Assembly (NCBI GenBank): GCA_032251255.1
Contig: JAVVDY010000005.1
Location: 59,091 to 123,090 of the forward strand
Source: Desulfuromonadales bacterium
GTDB lineage: Bacteria > Desulfobacterota > Desulfuromonadia > Desulfuromonadales > Geopsychrobacteraceae
DNA length: 64,000 nucleotides
Direction of reading: 5' to 3'
The notes under the pieces are model-generated. The model made no database searches, was not told the origin of the DNA, and saw nothing but the letters and a program-made list of their open reading frames with translations. The position numbers and the translations under genes were made by a program. Each line of letters starts with the position of its first letter. Position 1 is the stretch's first letter. Of this stretch, positions 18,034-27,371 are shown one piece after another.

Positions 18034-19167
18034 TCAACATACCGGCCGTTTACCCCTACCCTTTCTCTGCATCAGAGAGATATTAAGCCCCCCATTGGTG
18101 AACTGGAGGATGCTTTGCAAGTTGAGTCCGGTGGCCTGCGCAAGGGGGGTGCTGGGGCAGAGCAGCGCCGCCTGCCAACTGCTGAATTCCCCTGCATAAA
18201 GTTCGCCCAGCTCGCGATACAGCCCGGCAAGATCCCCCTTATCCCCCAGCCTCTCACCATAGGGCGGATTACAGACAATCAATCCTGTCTCCGGTGGAGC
18301 CTGTAAGGTCTGCATCGACTGCACGGAAAATTCGATGAGGGAAGCAACTCCTGCGGCTGCGGCATTTTTGCGGGCAGACTCGATCGCTCCGGGATTCCTG
18401 TCAACGGCCCTGATCTTGATCGGAACCGCCTCGATACGTAAGCGGTCGGCCCGTTCGAGAAGGGTCCGCCACAACCCGTCGCGGTACCTGGGCCATTCCA
18501 TAAAAGCAAAGCTCCGCTGCCGCCCCGGAGGCTGGTTGCTGGCAAGCAGGGCGGCTTCAATGGCAAAGGTGCCCGATCCGGTCATGGCATCAACAAGTGC
18601 CTTGTCTCCGTGCCAGCCAAGCGAAAGCAGCACGCCTGCCGCCAGTGTCTCGCGAAGGGGAGCCTTGACCGCGGCCCGCCGATATCCCCGGCGATGAAGC
18701 AACTCACCTGAGCTGTCCACCGACAGCTGGCAGTGATCATCTTCCAGGCGGATCAGGACGAGTGGTCTGCTTCCATGAGCGGCGGGGACAGAGCCGAGAG
18801 CCTGCTCAATTGCCGCAGTCGCTGTTTCAGCGACCCTGCCGCTGTGGCTCAAGCGCGACCGATGGCAGCTAGCCCGGACTTCGAAGTGGCTTCCCGGACG
18901 GAGAAAACGTCCCCAGGGCATTTTCACCAACTTACGGTAGAGTCCCGGGAAATCGCGGACATGAGTGTCGCCAACCCGCACCAGAATCCGACTGGCGGTT
19001 CGCAGCCAGAGGTTTGCCTGATAAAGTTCACGCAATCCCCCCTCAAACTCGACCCCGCCATCAAGTTGCCGAACTGGCGCAATCCCCAACTGGACCAGCT
19101 CGGCAGCGCAGAGCGCTTCGAATCCGGGCTGTGTCACGGCAAAGTAACGGTCCAGACGTTGTTTCAT
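18034..19167 (-). CDS. THUMP-domain class I SAM-dependent RNA methyltransferase (RlmL/UPF0020-like)
   Basis: N-terminal THUMP-like region, then DAMTGSGTFAIEAAL (SAM motif I) and CNPPYGERL (motif IV). Start moved to ATG at 19167, which has a GGAGAG RBS. Confidence 0.8.
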   Translation of the reverse strand: MKQRLDRYFAVTQPGFEALCAAELVQLGIAPVRQLDGGVEFEGGLRELYQANLWLRTASRILVRVGDTHVRDFPGLYRKLVKMPWGRFLRPGSHFEVRASCHRSRLSHSGRVAETATAAIEQALGSVPAAHGSRPLVLIRLEDDHCQLSVDSSGELLHRRGYRRAAVKAPLRETLAAGVLLSLGWHGDKALVDAMTGSGTFAIEAALLASNQPPGRQRSFAFMEWPRYRDGLWRTLLERADRLRIEAVPIKIRAVDRNPGAIESARKNAAAAGVASLIEFSVQSMQTLQAPPETGLIVCNPPYGERLGDKGDLAGLYRELGELYAGEFSSWQAALLCPSTPLAQATGLNLQSILQFTNGGLNISLMQRKGRGKRPVC

Positions 19168-19361
19168 CCCTTTTCTCTCCCGACTCATCCATTCACGCGA
19201 AGCAGACGATATCACAAGAAATCCGGCGAAACATCAGGATTCCATTTTCATGGCATTTTCTTCATTTCTCCTCTCCCTCTTTTCCTGTATAATGCGCACT
19301 CCCAAGTGGACCATCTTTAATCCGGCCCACCTATTAAATTCAGACAAAGGCATTCTCAGCA

Positions 19362-20060
19362 ATGATTCATCAGCGATACTTCAGACCGGGGCAAAAAGTT
19401 CTGTTGAGGCCTTCAGCATCATCCACCCCCGAGGGGCATATCCGCCTGCTGAGCAGCTACCTGCAGGGCGGGGGAGATGACTATTTTGACTTGACTCTTC
19501 CCTACGGTGCAGATGCCGCCAATCAGTATCCGTTCCATGAAGAGATGGATCTCGAACTTAGTTCCGACAGCCTGGGCTTAGGCGCCCGGGTCAGCGGTCG
19601 CTTCCGTGAAGTCATTTCCGGGAATAAAATCCGGATCCACGTTTATCCGGACCTGCAGATGTTTCAGCGGCGCGCCAAACCACGCGTTGACTGTCGCCTC
19701 GGTATCCGCTTCACCAGAGGTCGTGGCACCCTGCAGATCATGCGTGAGACCTGGGAAAAAAATGTCAACCTGCTGAGCAGCGACAAATCACCGGCCAAAT
19801 TGTCCGGCTTCAATGAATGTAAAATCAACCTCAGTTCAGGCGGCATACGGTTTGCCATCCGCCCCCCTGCTGAACCTGCTGACCTCTGCCTGCTGCTGAT
19901 CAACCTTGATGATGGTCATCCTCCCATCTGCGCACTGGCGGAAATCATCTGGTCGATTCCGGATCAGCAGGGCGAGGTCCTGCTCACCGGCATGCAGTTT
20001 CTCGACATCCTTGAAAAGGACCAGCAGCGGATTGACAGTTTTGCGCAAAAGCACCGATAA
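19362..20060 (+). CDS. PilZ-domain protein (YcgR-like two-domain architecture)
   Basis: RRAKPRVDCR (RxxxR) and INLSSGGIRF (D/NxSxxG) motifs in the C-terminal half. Confidence 0.8.
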   Translation: MIHQRYFRPGQKVLLRPSASSTPEGHIRLLSSYLQGGGDDYFDLTLPYGADAANQYPFHEEMDLELSSDSLGLGARVSGRFREVISGNKIRIHVYPDLQMFQRRAKPRVDCRLGIRFTRGRGTLQIMRETWEKNVNLLSSDKSPAKLSGFNECKINLSSGGIRFAIRPPAEPADLCLLLINLDDGHPPICALAEIIWSIPDQQGEVLLTGMQFLDILEKDQQRIDSFAQKHR

Positions 20061-20168
20061 AGGAAAGAATCTTCAACCTGGGAACCTATACCACCGCTTA
20101 TTGCAGTCGCTGATGAACAGCGAAATGTTCTCAACCATCTACGGCAATACGCAGGAAAAAAATCCGTA

Positions 20169-20924
20169 ATGCAACAGATACCTGAAACAGAAGTCCTGCA
20201 TGCCTGTCGAGTCCTGTTTGGTGCAGACCTGCACTTAGGGCGTGATTTCCTCAACTACCTGCAGCCATCAGGCGTTCGCACTGCTTACCGCAAACAGGCC
20301 AAGGTTACCCATCCCGACCGCTTTACCGGTTCCTGCTCGCGGACCAGAGCCAGACAGGAAAAACTATTTCAGAACCTGAACCAGGCTCACGAGATTTTAC
20401 AGAATTATCTCAAGCAACGTAATCTCCCGACCGGTGAAAGCCGGTTTCGCGCATCCAGACATCAGACTCCGCCAAGCCCGCCGGGAAATGGAGCCCAGCG
20501 CTACTACCGGGGCCCGCTCCCCGCCCGCCCCCTGCAGTTCGGCCAGTTCCTCTATTATCGTGGTCTGATTCCTTATTCCGCGGTCATCTCCGCGATCACC
20601 TGGCAGCGTCAACAGCGCCCAACCATAGGCGAGATCGCCCGTCGCTGGCGGTGGCTCAACAGCGCAGATGTCGACCGGATTCTTCGCCTGCCTGGTGGTT
20701 TTTCCCGGTTCGGCGAACGGGCGGAACGGTTGGGTCTGCTCAACTCACTCCAGGTTCGCACTCTCCTGCTCCATCAGCGCAGCCGCCAGCAACAGATCGG
20801 ACATTATTTTATCGAGCGTGACTATTTTCCGGAAAGCGCCCTGGACCGATTACTGACTGAGCTTTCCGAACATAACCGCCGCTATTCTCACGGCAATTCG
20901 GGGCAGTTTTACACGCAGCGTTGA
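20169..20924 (+). CDS. J-domain protein with an uncharacterised C-terminal repeat region
   Basis: ...AYRKQAKVTHPDRF... (HPD motif) followed by helix III (LFQNLNQAHEIL). The C-terminal half contains two related ~50-aa repeats (see findings). Confidence 0.75.
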   Translation: MQQIPETEVLHACRVLFGADLHLGRDFLNYLQPSGVRTAYRKQAKVTHPDRFTGSCSRTRARQEKLFQNLNQAHEILQNYLKQRNLPTGESRFRASRHQTPPSPPGNGAQRYYRGPLPARPLQFGQFLYYRGLIPYSAVISAITWQRQQRPTIGEIARRWRWLNSADVDRILRLPGGFSRFGERAERLGLLNSLQVRTLLLHQRSRQQQIGHYFIERDYFPESALDRLLTELSEHNRRYSHGNSGQFYTQR

Positions 20925-20989
20925 GTGCTCCCTTCCGATATTTTCATTAACTCCAAGAAGCATCATATCCCCACGACAGGAGGTACAAC

Positions 20990-22159
20990 ATGGGCATTCT
21001 GGCCGCATCAGCCAGCATCTGCCATTTTCGCATTAGCGGCTCTCTTCCAGACGGGACATCCCGGGACTGGATTGCAGAGCAACTGAGCAAGCAGGGCTTT
21101 CAATCGATCGAACAGACGTCTGATGAACTCTCCATCGGTTGGTCCCGGCTGGACGATCCCGATTCCGGCCGTTTCGAACACGCCGGCCACTGCAGTCACG
21201 ATCAGCATATCTGCTTCTCCCTGAGACAGGACCGCCGCCGGATTCCAGCAGCACTCTACAAACGCCAGGTGACGCATCTCAGCGAGCAATTTCTGCAGAA
21301 CCGACCCGAACTCAAGCGGGTTCCGAAAGGTGACATGGAAGAAATCCGTGAGCGCTCCAGGTCGCTGCTGATGGCCAAGACGCTTCCCAACCCTTCCATC
21401 TATGATGTGGACTGGGATACCGAGCAGAACATTGTCCGGTTCTGCAGCCTCAACCAGAAAATGATCGAAACCTTCCTGGGTCTTTTCCACCAGACCTTTC
21501 CGAGTCTGCGCCTCAACCTCTATCATCCCATGGCCCGGGCCGCGCAGGTCCTTGCGGGAGACCTTCTGCAGGGGTTGCAACAGGCCAACCGGGCTCAGAC
21601 CGACAGCGCCATCGAGCAGATCGACGCCAACCGCTGGCTGGGCAACGATTTTCTTCAGTGGCTGATCTACCGGACCCTCAATTCGGATTCCCGCTATGCC
21701 GTAAAAAAACCCGGCCCGCTGCTCGACAATGAACCCTTTCTCGCCTATCTGGACGACCGCCTGCTGATGGTCGGTGGTGGCCAGGAGGGTCAGCAGAAGA
21801 TTGTCGTTGCGGGGCCACAGGACAGTTACGGGGAAGTAAAAGCGGCGCTGCGTCAAGGGAAGCTGCTCGAAGAAGCAACCCTGCATATGCTCCGCGATGA
21901 CGAATCGGCCTGGAAAATGACCCTTAAAGGGGAGCGCTTTTATTTCGGCAGTTTCAGGACACCGATGATTAAACCGGACAGCGATCCGAACGACGATCCC
22001 GCCGCTGAAACAGAAGCGGCATTTTTAACCAAAATCGGTGCAATCGAGGAAGGTGAGCAGATGTTTGACAGCCTGTTGCTCGAGTTTTTGACCAGGCGCC
22101 TTGCTGCAGACTGGGCAGATGAATTGAAAAAAATCCACGCATGGTTTCAGGAAAGCTGA
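20990..22159 (+). CDS. RdgC-like (recombination-associated) protein
   Basis: 389 aa. The overall pattern matches my memory of the RdgC family: an N-terminal short beta segment, ...SIGW..., RRRIPAALYKRQV...KRVPKGDMEEIRERSRSLLMAKTLP...VDWDTEQNIV...QKMIETFLGLF. Family assignment was not verified. Confidence 0.5.
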   Translation: MGILAASASICHFRISGSLPDGTSRDWIAEQLSKQGFQSIEQTSDELSIGWSRLDDPDSGRFEHAGHCSHDQHICFSLRQDRRRIPAALYKRQVTHLSEQFLQNRPELKRVPKGDMEEIRERSRSLLMAKTLPNPSIYDVDWDTEQNIVRFCSLNQKMIETFLGLFHQTFPSLRLNLYHPMARAAQVLAGDLLQGLQQANRAQTDSAIEQIDANRWLGNDFLQWLIYRTLNSDSRYAVKKPGPLLDNEPFLAYLDDRLLMVGGGQEGQQKIVVAGPQDSYGEVKAALRQGKLLEEATLHMLRDDESAWKMTLKGERFYFGSFRTPMIKPDSDPNDDPAAETEAAFLTKIGAIEEGEQMFDSLLLEFLTRRLAADWADELKKIHAWFQES

Positions 22160-22232
22160 TTGCTCCCCTTTTATCAAACTGTTGTTCCCTGGTTCTGGCA
22201 TTGAACACGTTAAAAGGCTTTGCAGTTCTTTC

Positions 22233-22260
22233 TTGACTTTAATAATTAGCCTACTATAAT
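22233..22260 (+). promoter_or_regulatory. Near-consensus sigma-70 promoter
   Basis: TTGACT (22233-22238), 16-nt spacer, TATAAT (22255-22260). Confidence 0.7.
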
Positions 22261-22267
22261 AATTTTA

Positions 22268-22360
22268 CGCTAACTCTTTTAGCAATAGTAAACCTGCAGT
22301 GATGCAGGGACACAACGCCACGGGTCCTTGACCAAGACAGCCGGTTTGCCGAAGAGAGCG
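22268..22360 (+). promoter_or_regulatory. GEMM-I cyclic-dinucleotide riboswitch aptamer (GEMM-Ib / 3',3'-cGAMP-type signature)
   Basis: By-eye alignment to the GEMM-I fold. The closing stem is cgcuaacucuu / aagagagcg. Next comes AAACC-ugca-GUGA-ugca-GGGACACAACGCC, then a second hairpin ACGGG...GACAGCCGG. There is an A at 22287 where c-di-GMP aptamers have G20. Confidence 0.8.
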
Positions 22361-22375
22361 TAACGTGCTGCATGA

Positions 22376-22420
22376 GAAACGCTTGCCTTCGTTAACGAAT
22401 GCAAGCGTTTCTAGGTTTTG
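22376..22420 (+). terminator. Riboswitch expression-platform terminator
   Basis: gaaacgcttgc-(14 nt)-gcaagcgtttc followed by taggTTTTgg, 65 nt upstream of the DUF4395 start. Confidence 0.7.
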
Positions 22421-22485
22421 GCTTTAGAAACTCGAGATCCTGAACGGGCAGCAGCAGTGCCCACACCAGAGGAGGCATCGACAGC

Positions 22486-22956
22486 ATGGCCGCCTATTGC
22501 CCTATCGGGCCAAGCAATGTAGACCAGACAATCGTCCGCGGGGTCGCGTTCATGACGCTCTGTTCAATTGCATTATTTCTTGCCTATAATCTTGATTTCA
22601 TTTTAGTCTACCTGCTGTTTGATTTCTTCATGCGGGGTTTTCTGAGCAGGAAAATGAGCGCCTTTGTGTGGCTGTCACAAAGGCTTACGCGCGCCTTTGC
22701 GTGCAAAATCGAGCCGGTCAACGCTGAACCGAAAGTCTTCGCAGCCAGAATCGGCTTCATCACCTGCCTGCTGATTCTGCTCTGCAAAGGACTGAATCTT
22801 GCTCTGCTGGCTTATTGTCTGAGCGCCGCCCTGATGCTGGCCGCTGCGCTGGAAAGCGTCTTTTCGGTCTGCCTGGGCTGTTACATCTATAACTTGATCA
22901 ATCATGAACACACCCCATCAGCGGCAGCGGGAAAAGCCCACCTGGATGAATGTTAG
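22486..22956 (+). CDS. DUF4395 integral membrane protein
   Basis: 156 aa with about 4 hydrophobic helices. The N-terminus ...NVDQTIVRGVAFMTL...LLFDFFMRGF matches the DUF4395 pattern as I recall it. GAGGAGG RBS. Confidence 0.65.
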   Translation: MAAYCPIGPSNVDQTIVRGVAFMTLCSIALFLAYNLDFILVYLLFDFFMRGFLSRKMSAFVWLSQRLTRAFACKIEPVNAEPKVFAARIGFITCLLILLCKGLNLALLAYCLSAALMLAAALESVFSVCLGCYIYNLINHEHTPSAAAGKAHLDEC

Positions 22957-23006
22957 TCGGGCGTTCGCTGCCCCAGATTCTTTCTCCGAGAGAGTAGAGA
23001 GAAAAG

Positions 23007-24230
23007 ATGCCCCCTAACAGACGTGCCACCGCCCTGCTGCTGATACTGCTCGTTTGGCCTGGTTTCTCCTGGGCAACCAACGGATATTTTCAGCATGGGA
23101 TCGGGGTCAAGGAGCAGGCTCTTGGCGGGGCTGCTATCGCTTATCCTCAAAGTGCCCTGTCAGTCGCGACCAACCCGGCCGCAGCAGCAACGCTGGGCAG
23201 ACAGTTCGATATCGGGTTCAACTGGTTCACCCCGCACCGCTTCGCCGACAATGGCGACGGAACCGGCTACCACAAGAGCGATTGTGACGATTTCATTATT
23301 CCCCAGATTGGCTACAACCATCCGCTCAGTCCGAAAATATCCTTCTCATTTGCCGCTTACGCAAACGGAGGCATGAAGACAGACTGGCCCTATAACTTCT
23401 TTGGCACGACAGAGACCTATTCAGAACTTGAGCAGATGGTCATTGCTTCCACCCTGGCGCTCAATCTGAATCGAGAACATGCACTCGGCCTGTCAATCAA
23501 TTACATCCGTCAGACCTTTGAAGCTCGAGGCCTGCAGGGTTTTGCGCCGGCGACGTCGAGCGGTACGGCAACATATCTCACTGACGGTGGAGAGGACGTT
23601 TCAAGCGGCTGGGGCCTGCGGATCGGATATTCGGGACAGCTGACTCCTGCTTTACGTGTTGGTGCCTTCTGGCAACCCCGCACCAAGATGACCGCGTTTG
23701 ATGATTATCAAGAGCTCTTCGCCGAAGGGGGCGAGCTGGACATCCCTGAGACGTTCGGACTCGGTCTGGCAGTGGATCTTTCCGAGAAGCTGACCCTGGC
23801 GACCGACCTGGTAAAAATCCGCTATTCGGACATTCCTGCCCTGGGCAATTTCAATACGGTAGGAACCGATCTGCTGGGGACTGACAACGGGCCCGGTTTC
23901 GGCTGGCGGGACATCACCGTAGCCAAACTGGGAATCGCTTATTTCTACAGCCCCGCGCTGACCCTGCGTGTCGGCTGGAACCATGGTGAAAATCCGGTGA
24001 GGAGTAGCCAGACCGGAATGAACGTCCTTTCTCCGGCCACGATTGAAGACCATTTAAGCGTTGGATTCAGCTGGGCTTTTTCTGAGAAAACGGATATGTC
24101 GGTGACCTACTGGCATGGGTTAGAAAATGAAATCAAGGGAAACTTTGCGACAGCCAATGGGGGGGATGCGGCAGATATCAAGATGCACCAGGACAGCGTC
24201 AGTCTCGCCTGGTCCTGGTCGTTCGATTGA
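23007..24230 (+). CDS. Outer-membrane transport protein, OmpP1/FadL/TodX family
   Basis: Signal peptide, then TNGYFQHGIGVKEQALGGAAIAYPQSALSVATNPAA (typical FadL N-terminal hatch). Beta-strand-rich, ending in an aromatic residue (...SWSFD). Confidence 0.85.
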   Translation: MPPNRRATALLLILLVWPGFSWATNGYFQHGIGVKEQALGGAAIAYPQSALSVATNPAAAATLGRQFDIGFNWFTPHRFADNGDGTGYHKSDCDDFIIPQIGYNHPLSPKISFSFAAYANGGMKTDWPYNFFGTTETYSELEQMVIASTLALNLNREHALGLSINYIRQTFEARGLQGFAPATSSGTATYLTDGGEDVSSGWGLRIGYSGQLTPALRVGAFWQPRTKMTAFDDYQELFAEGGELDIPETFGLGLAVDLSEKLTLATDLVKIRYSDIPALGNFNTVGTDLLGTDNGPGFGWRDITVAKLGIAYFYSPALTLRVGWNHGENPVRSSQTGMNVLSPATIEDHLSVGFSWAFSEKTDMSVTYWHGLENEIKGNFATANGGDAADIKMHQDSVSLAWSWSFD

Positions 24231-24275
24231 AGATAAATGTTTCAGTTAACCCCGTAGCGCCTCTTCCGTCATGAC

Positions 24276-24974
24276 TCAAATGTCAACCAGTTGCCGAGGA
24301 AACTCCGATCTGAGCGGGAATTCCGGTCCGACTCCACCGTCCGCCAGCAGCTGAACAAACTCGTCCCGAGAGATTTCACATGCCCCGAGACTGAGCAGGT
24401 GTTCGGTCGTCTGCTGACAGTCGATCAGTTCAAATCCGGCCCGCGCCAGGGTCCGGGCCAGCCCCGCCAGGGCGACCTTTGATGCATCGGTCCGCAAACT
24501 GAACATCGACTCACCAAAAAAGCAGCGTCCCAGACAGAGACCGTATAGCCCACCGACCAGTTCGTTCCCCTCCCAGCACTCCAGTGAATGGGCAAAACCA
24601 TGAAGATGCAGCCTATGGTATGCGGTCAACATATCCCGGGTTATCCAGGTCCCCCCGTGATCCTTGCGCTGTGTGCGGCAGCCCTGTATGACCCGGTCGA
24701 AGGCCCGGTTCAGAGTCAGCTGAAATTCCCCCCGCCGCATTTTTTTGCGCAGGGAGCGGGAAACATGAAACGTATTCGGGAAAATCACGCAACGCGGATC
24801 GGGCGACCACCAGAGAATCGGTTCGCCCTCATTGTACCAGGGGAAAATTCCCAGGCTGTAGGCGAATAACAATCTTTCAGGAGACAGGTCCCCACCGACC
24901 GCAAGCAGCCCGTAATCTTCTGCGGAATCAACCGAGGGGAACCAGAGCTGGTCATCCAGTTGATAACAGGGCAT
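24276..24974 (-). CDS. aat: Leucyl/phenylalanyl-tRNA--protein transferase
   Basis: LLAVGGDLSPERLLFAYSLGIFPW...PILWWSPDPR...FAHSLECW...GGLYG...FFGESMF. Confidence 0.93.
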   Translation of the reverse strand: MPCYQLDDQLWFPSVDSAEDYGLLAVGGDLSPERLLFAYSLGIFPWYNEGEPILWWSPDPRCVIFPNTFHVSRSLRKKMRRGEFQLTLNRAFDRVIQGCRTQRKDHGGTWITRDMLTAYHRLHLHGFAHSLECWEGNELVGGLYGLCLGRCFFGESMFSLRTDASKVALAGLARTLARAGFELIDCQQTTEHLLSLGACEISRDEFVQLLADGGVGPEFPLRSEFPRQLVDI

Positions 24975-24983
24975 CAGGCGGGG

Positions 24984-27242
24984 TCAGCTGAAGGTGAAGG
25001 TGAATTTGCCACCGCGGAAACCGATTTTAACCTGCCCGCCGTCGCGCAGGCGACCGAAGAGGATCTCTTCAGCCAGCGGGTCGCTGATCTCGGCCTGCAT
25101 CAGGCGTCCCAGCGGACGAGCGCCGAACATCGGGTCATAGCCTCGTCTGGCCAATTCCTTGCGTGCAGCAGACGAGACCTGCAGGCGATTTTTCTTGTCT
25201 TCGAGCTGACCGGCCAGTTCCCGCAGGAACTTGTCGACCACCTGGAGCATGGTCTTTTCATCCAGCGGGGCAAAGGAAATGATCGCGTCAAGCCGATTAC
25301 GGAATTCCGGGGAGAAGGCTTTTTCCAGTGCCTGCTTCGGCGCGGCCTGGCTGCGGTCACCGAAACCGATCGGAGCCTGGTTCAGTTCCCGGCCACCGAT
25401 GTTGCTGGTCATGATCAACACCACGTTGCGGAAATCAGCTTCCTTGCCATTGTTGTCCGTCAGGGTGCCATGGTCCATCACCTGCAGCAGGATATTGAAC
25501 AGGTCGGGATGGGCCTTTTCGATCTCATCGAGCAGCAGAACAGAGTACGGGCTCTTGCGCACTCCTTCCGTCAGCAGACCACCCTGGTCAAATCCGACAT
25601 AGCCGGGAGGAGCGCCGATCAGGCGCGCCACGGAATGCTTCTCCATATACTCGCTCATGTCAAAGCGGAGAAACTTGACCCCCAGCTGCAGCGCGAGCTG
25701 GCGCGCGACCTCGGTCTTGCCGACCCCGGTCGGGCCGGTGAACAGAAGGGAGCCGACCGGTTTGTCGGGATGACCGAGTCCGGCCCGTGACCTGTGAATA
25801 GAGCGCACCAGGTGATCAATCGCAGGATCCTGGCCAAAGACGACCCGCTTCAGATCCCTCTCCAGATAGCGCAGGCGCTGACGGTCGGAACCGCTGACAG
25901 TGCGGATTGGCACCCGCGCCATCCGCGCCACCACCCGCTCAATGTCATCGACGGTAATCCTGCTGCGGGGACCACCCTCGAGCCGATACTGGGCTCCCGC
26001 CTCATCAATCACATCGATCGCCTTATCCGGCAGATAGCGATCGTTAAGGTACTTGCAGGAGAGGTGCACGGCCGCTTCCACGGCGGCGGAAGAGTAGACC
26101 GTCTGGTGATGCTCCTCGTAATGCGGCTGCAGCCCCTTGAGAATCTCAAGAGCCTCCTCCTGACTCGGTTCCGCCAGGTCAATCTTCTGAAACCGGCGGG
26201 AGAGAGCCCGGTCCTTATCGAACAGGTTACGGAATTCTTCGTATGTGGTTGAACCGATGCAGCGCAGCTCTCCGTTACCGAGAACCGGCTTGAGGATATT
26301 GGAGGCATCCATTGACCCGCCGCTGGTGGCGCCGGCGCCGACGATGGTATGGATTTCATCGATAAACAGGATCGCCTTGTCGCGCTTCTGCAAGGCCTGC
26401 AGAACCGCCTTGAGCCGCTCTTCAAAGTCGCCGCGGAACTTGGTCCCGGCCAGCAGAGCCCCCATGTCGAGGGTGTAGATTTCACTCCCCTGAAGCAAGT
26501 CCGGCACTGCCCCTTCAGCGAGCCTCAATGCCAGGCCTTCAGCCATGGCCGTTTTGCCGACGCCCGGCTCACCGACGAAAATCGGGTTATTCTTGCGCCG
26601 TCTGCAGAGGACCAGAATCGCCCGTTCCAATTCCAGCTCACGCCCGATCAGGGGATCGATCTTTCCCTCTTTCGCGCGTTCCAGCAGATCAATGGTGTAA
26701 GCCTTGAGCGGGTCAGCCGGTTTGGGCTGTGGCTTGCCCTGTTCCTGGGTGCCGGGCTCGATGGGGCTCTCATCCGCAGACTTGTCCGACGGGGTCGCTC
26801 CGGACCCATGGGAGATATAGTCGAGCAGATCGATCCGTTCGATCCCCTGCCCCTGCAGGAAATGACAGGCGTGGGAATTCTCCTCTTCGAAAATAGCCGC
26901 CAGCAGGTCACCCACCCCCACTTCGTCCTGGCTTGAGGCCTGCATATGCAGAACGGTCCGCTGCAGCATCCGCTGCAGCGACAGGGTCTGGCGCGGGATT
27001 TCGTCGTCGTCCAGGCCTTCCGGAAGGGTTTCCAGATGCTGGTCAAAAAACTCTTCGAGCAATGCCTTGAGACCCTCGATATCCCCGCCACAGTCACTGA
27101 TGATCTGTTGACCAAACCCTTCGAACAGCAACGCATAGAGGACATGCTCGGTGGTCAGGTACTCATGCCGCCGGCGCTGGGCTTCTCGAACGGCAAGAGT
27201 AAAAGCGATCTGGACATCCTGACTGAACATATGCGACACCAT
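24984..27242 (-). CDS. clpA: ATP-dependent Clp protease ATP-binding subunit ClpA
   Basis: 752 aa. It has an N-domain, two AAA+ modules (GEPGVGKT and GPTGVGKT Walker A) and no ClpB-type middle domain. Confidence 0.95.
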   Translation of the reverse strand: MVSHMFSQDVQIAFTLAVREAQRRRHEYLTTEHVLYALLFEGFGQQIISDCGGDIEGLKALLEEFFDQHLETLPEGLDDDEIPRQTLSLQRMLQRTVLHMQASSQDEVGVGDLLAAIFEEENSHACHFLQGQGIERIDLLDYISHGSGATPSDKSADESPIEPGTQEQGKPQPKPADPLKAYTIDLLERAKEGKIDPLIGRELELERAILVLCRRRKNNPIFVGEPGVGKTAMAEGLALRLAEGAVPDLLQGSEIYTLDMGALLAGTKFRGDFEERLKAVLQALQKRDKAILFIDEIHTIVGAGATSGGSMDASNILKPVLGNGELRCIGSTTYEEFRNLFDKDRALSRRFQKIDLAEPSQEEALEILKGLQPHYEEHHQTVYSSAAVEAAVHLSCKYLNDRYLPDKAIDVIDEAGAQYRLEGGPRSRITVDDIERVVARMARVPIRTVSGSDRQRLRYLERDLKRVVFGQDPAIDHLVRSIHRSRAGLGHPDKPVGSLLFTGPTGVGKTEVARQLALQLGVKFLRFDMSEYMEKHSVARLIGAPPGYVGFDQGGLLTEGVRKSPYSVLLLDEIEKAHPDLFNILLQVMDHGTLTDNNGKEADFRNVVLIMTSNIGGRELNQAPIGFGDRSQAAPKQALEKAFSPEFRNRLDAIISFAPLDEKTMLQVVDKFLRELAGQLEDKKNRLQVSSAARKELARRGYDPMFGARPLGRLMQAEISDPLAEEILFGRLRDGGQVKIGFRGGKFTFTFS

Positions 27243-27371
27243 TTCTCTGTTATAGGGTCAAAGGGTCAAATGAGAGATTGCCCGAGGAAAATCCAGGCGT
27301 CGGCAATCCCGTTAGCAACTTTATAAAATTGTCGCGCAGGGACAGGCTCAAGTCAAGCCGGTGAGACAGGT

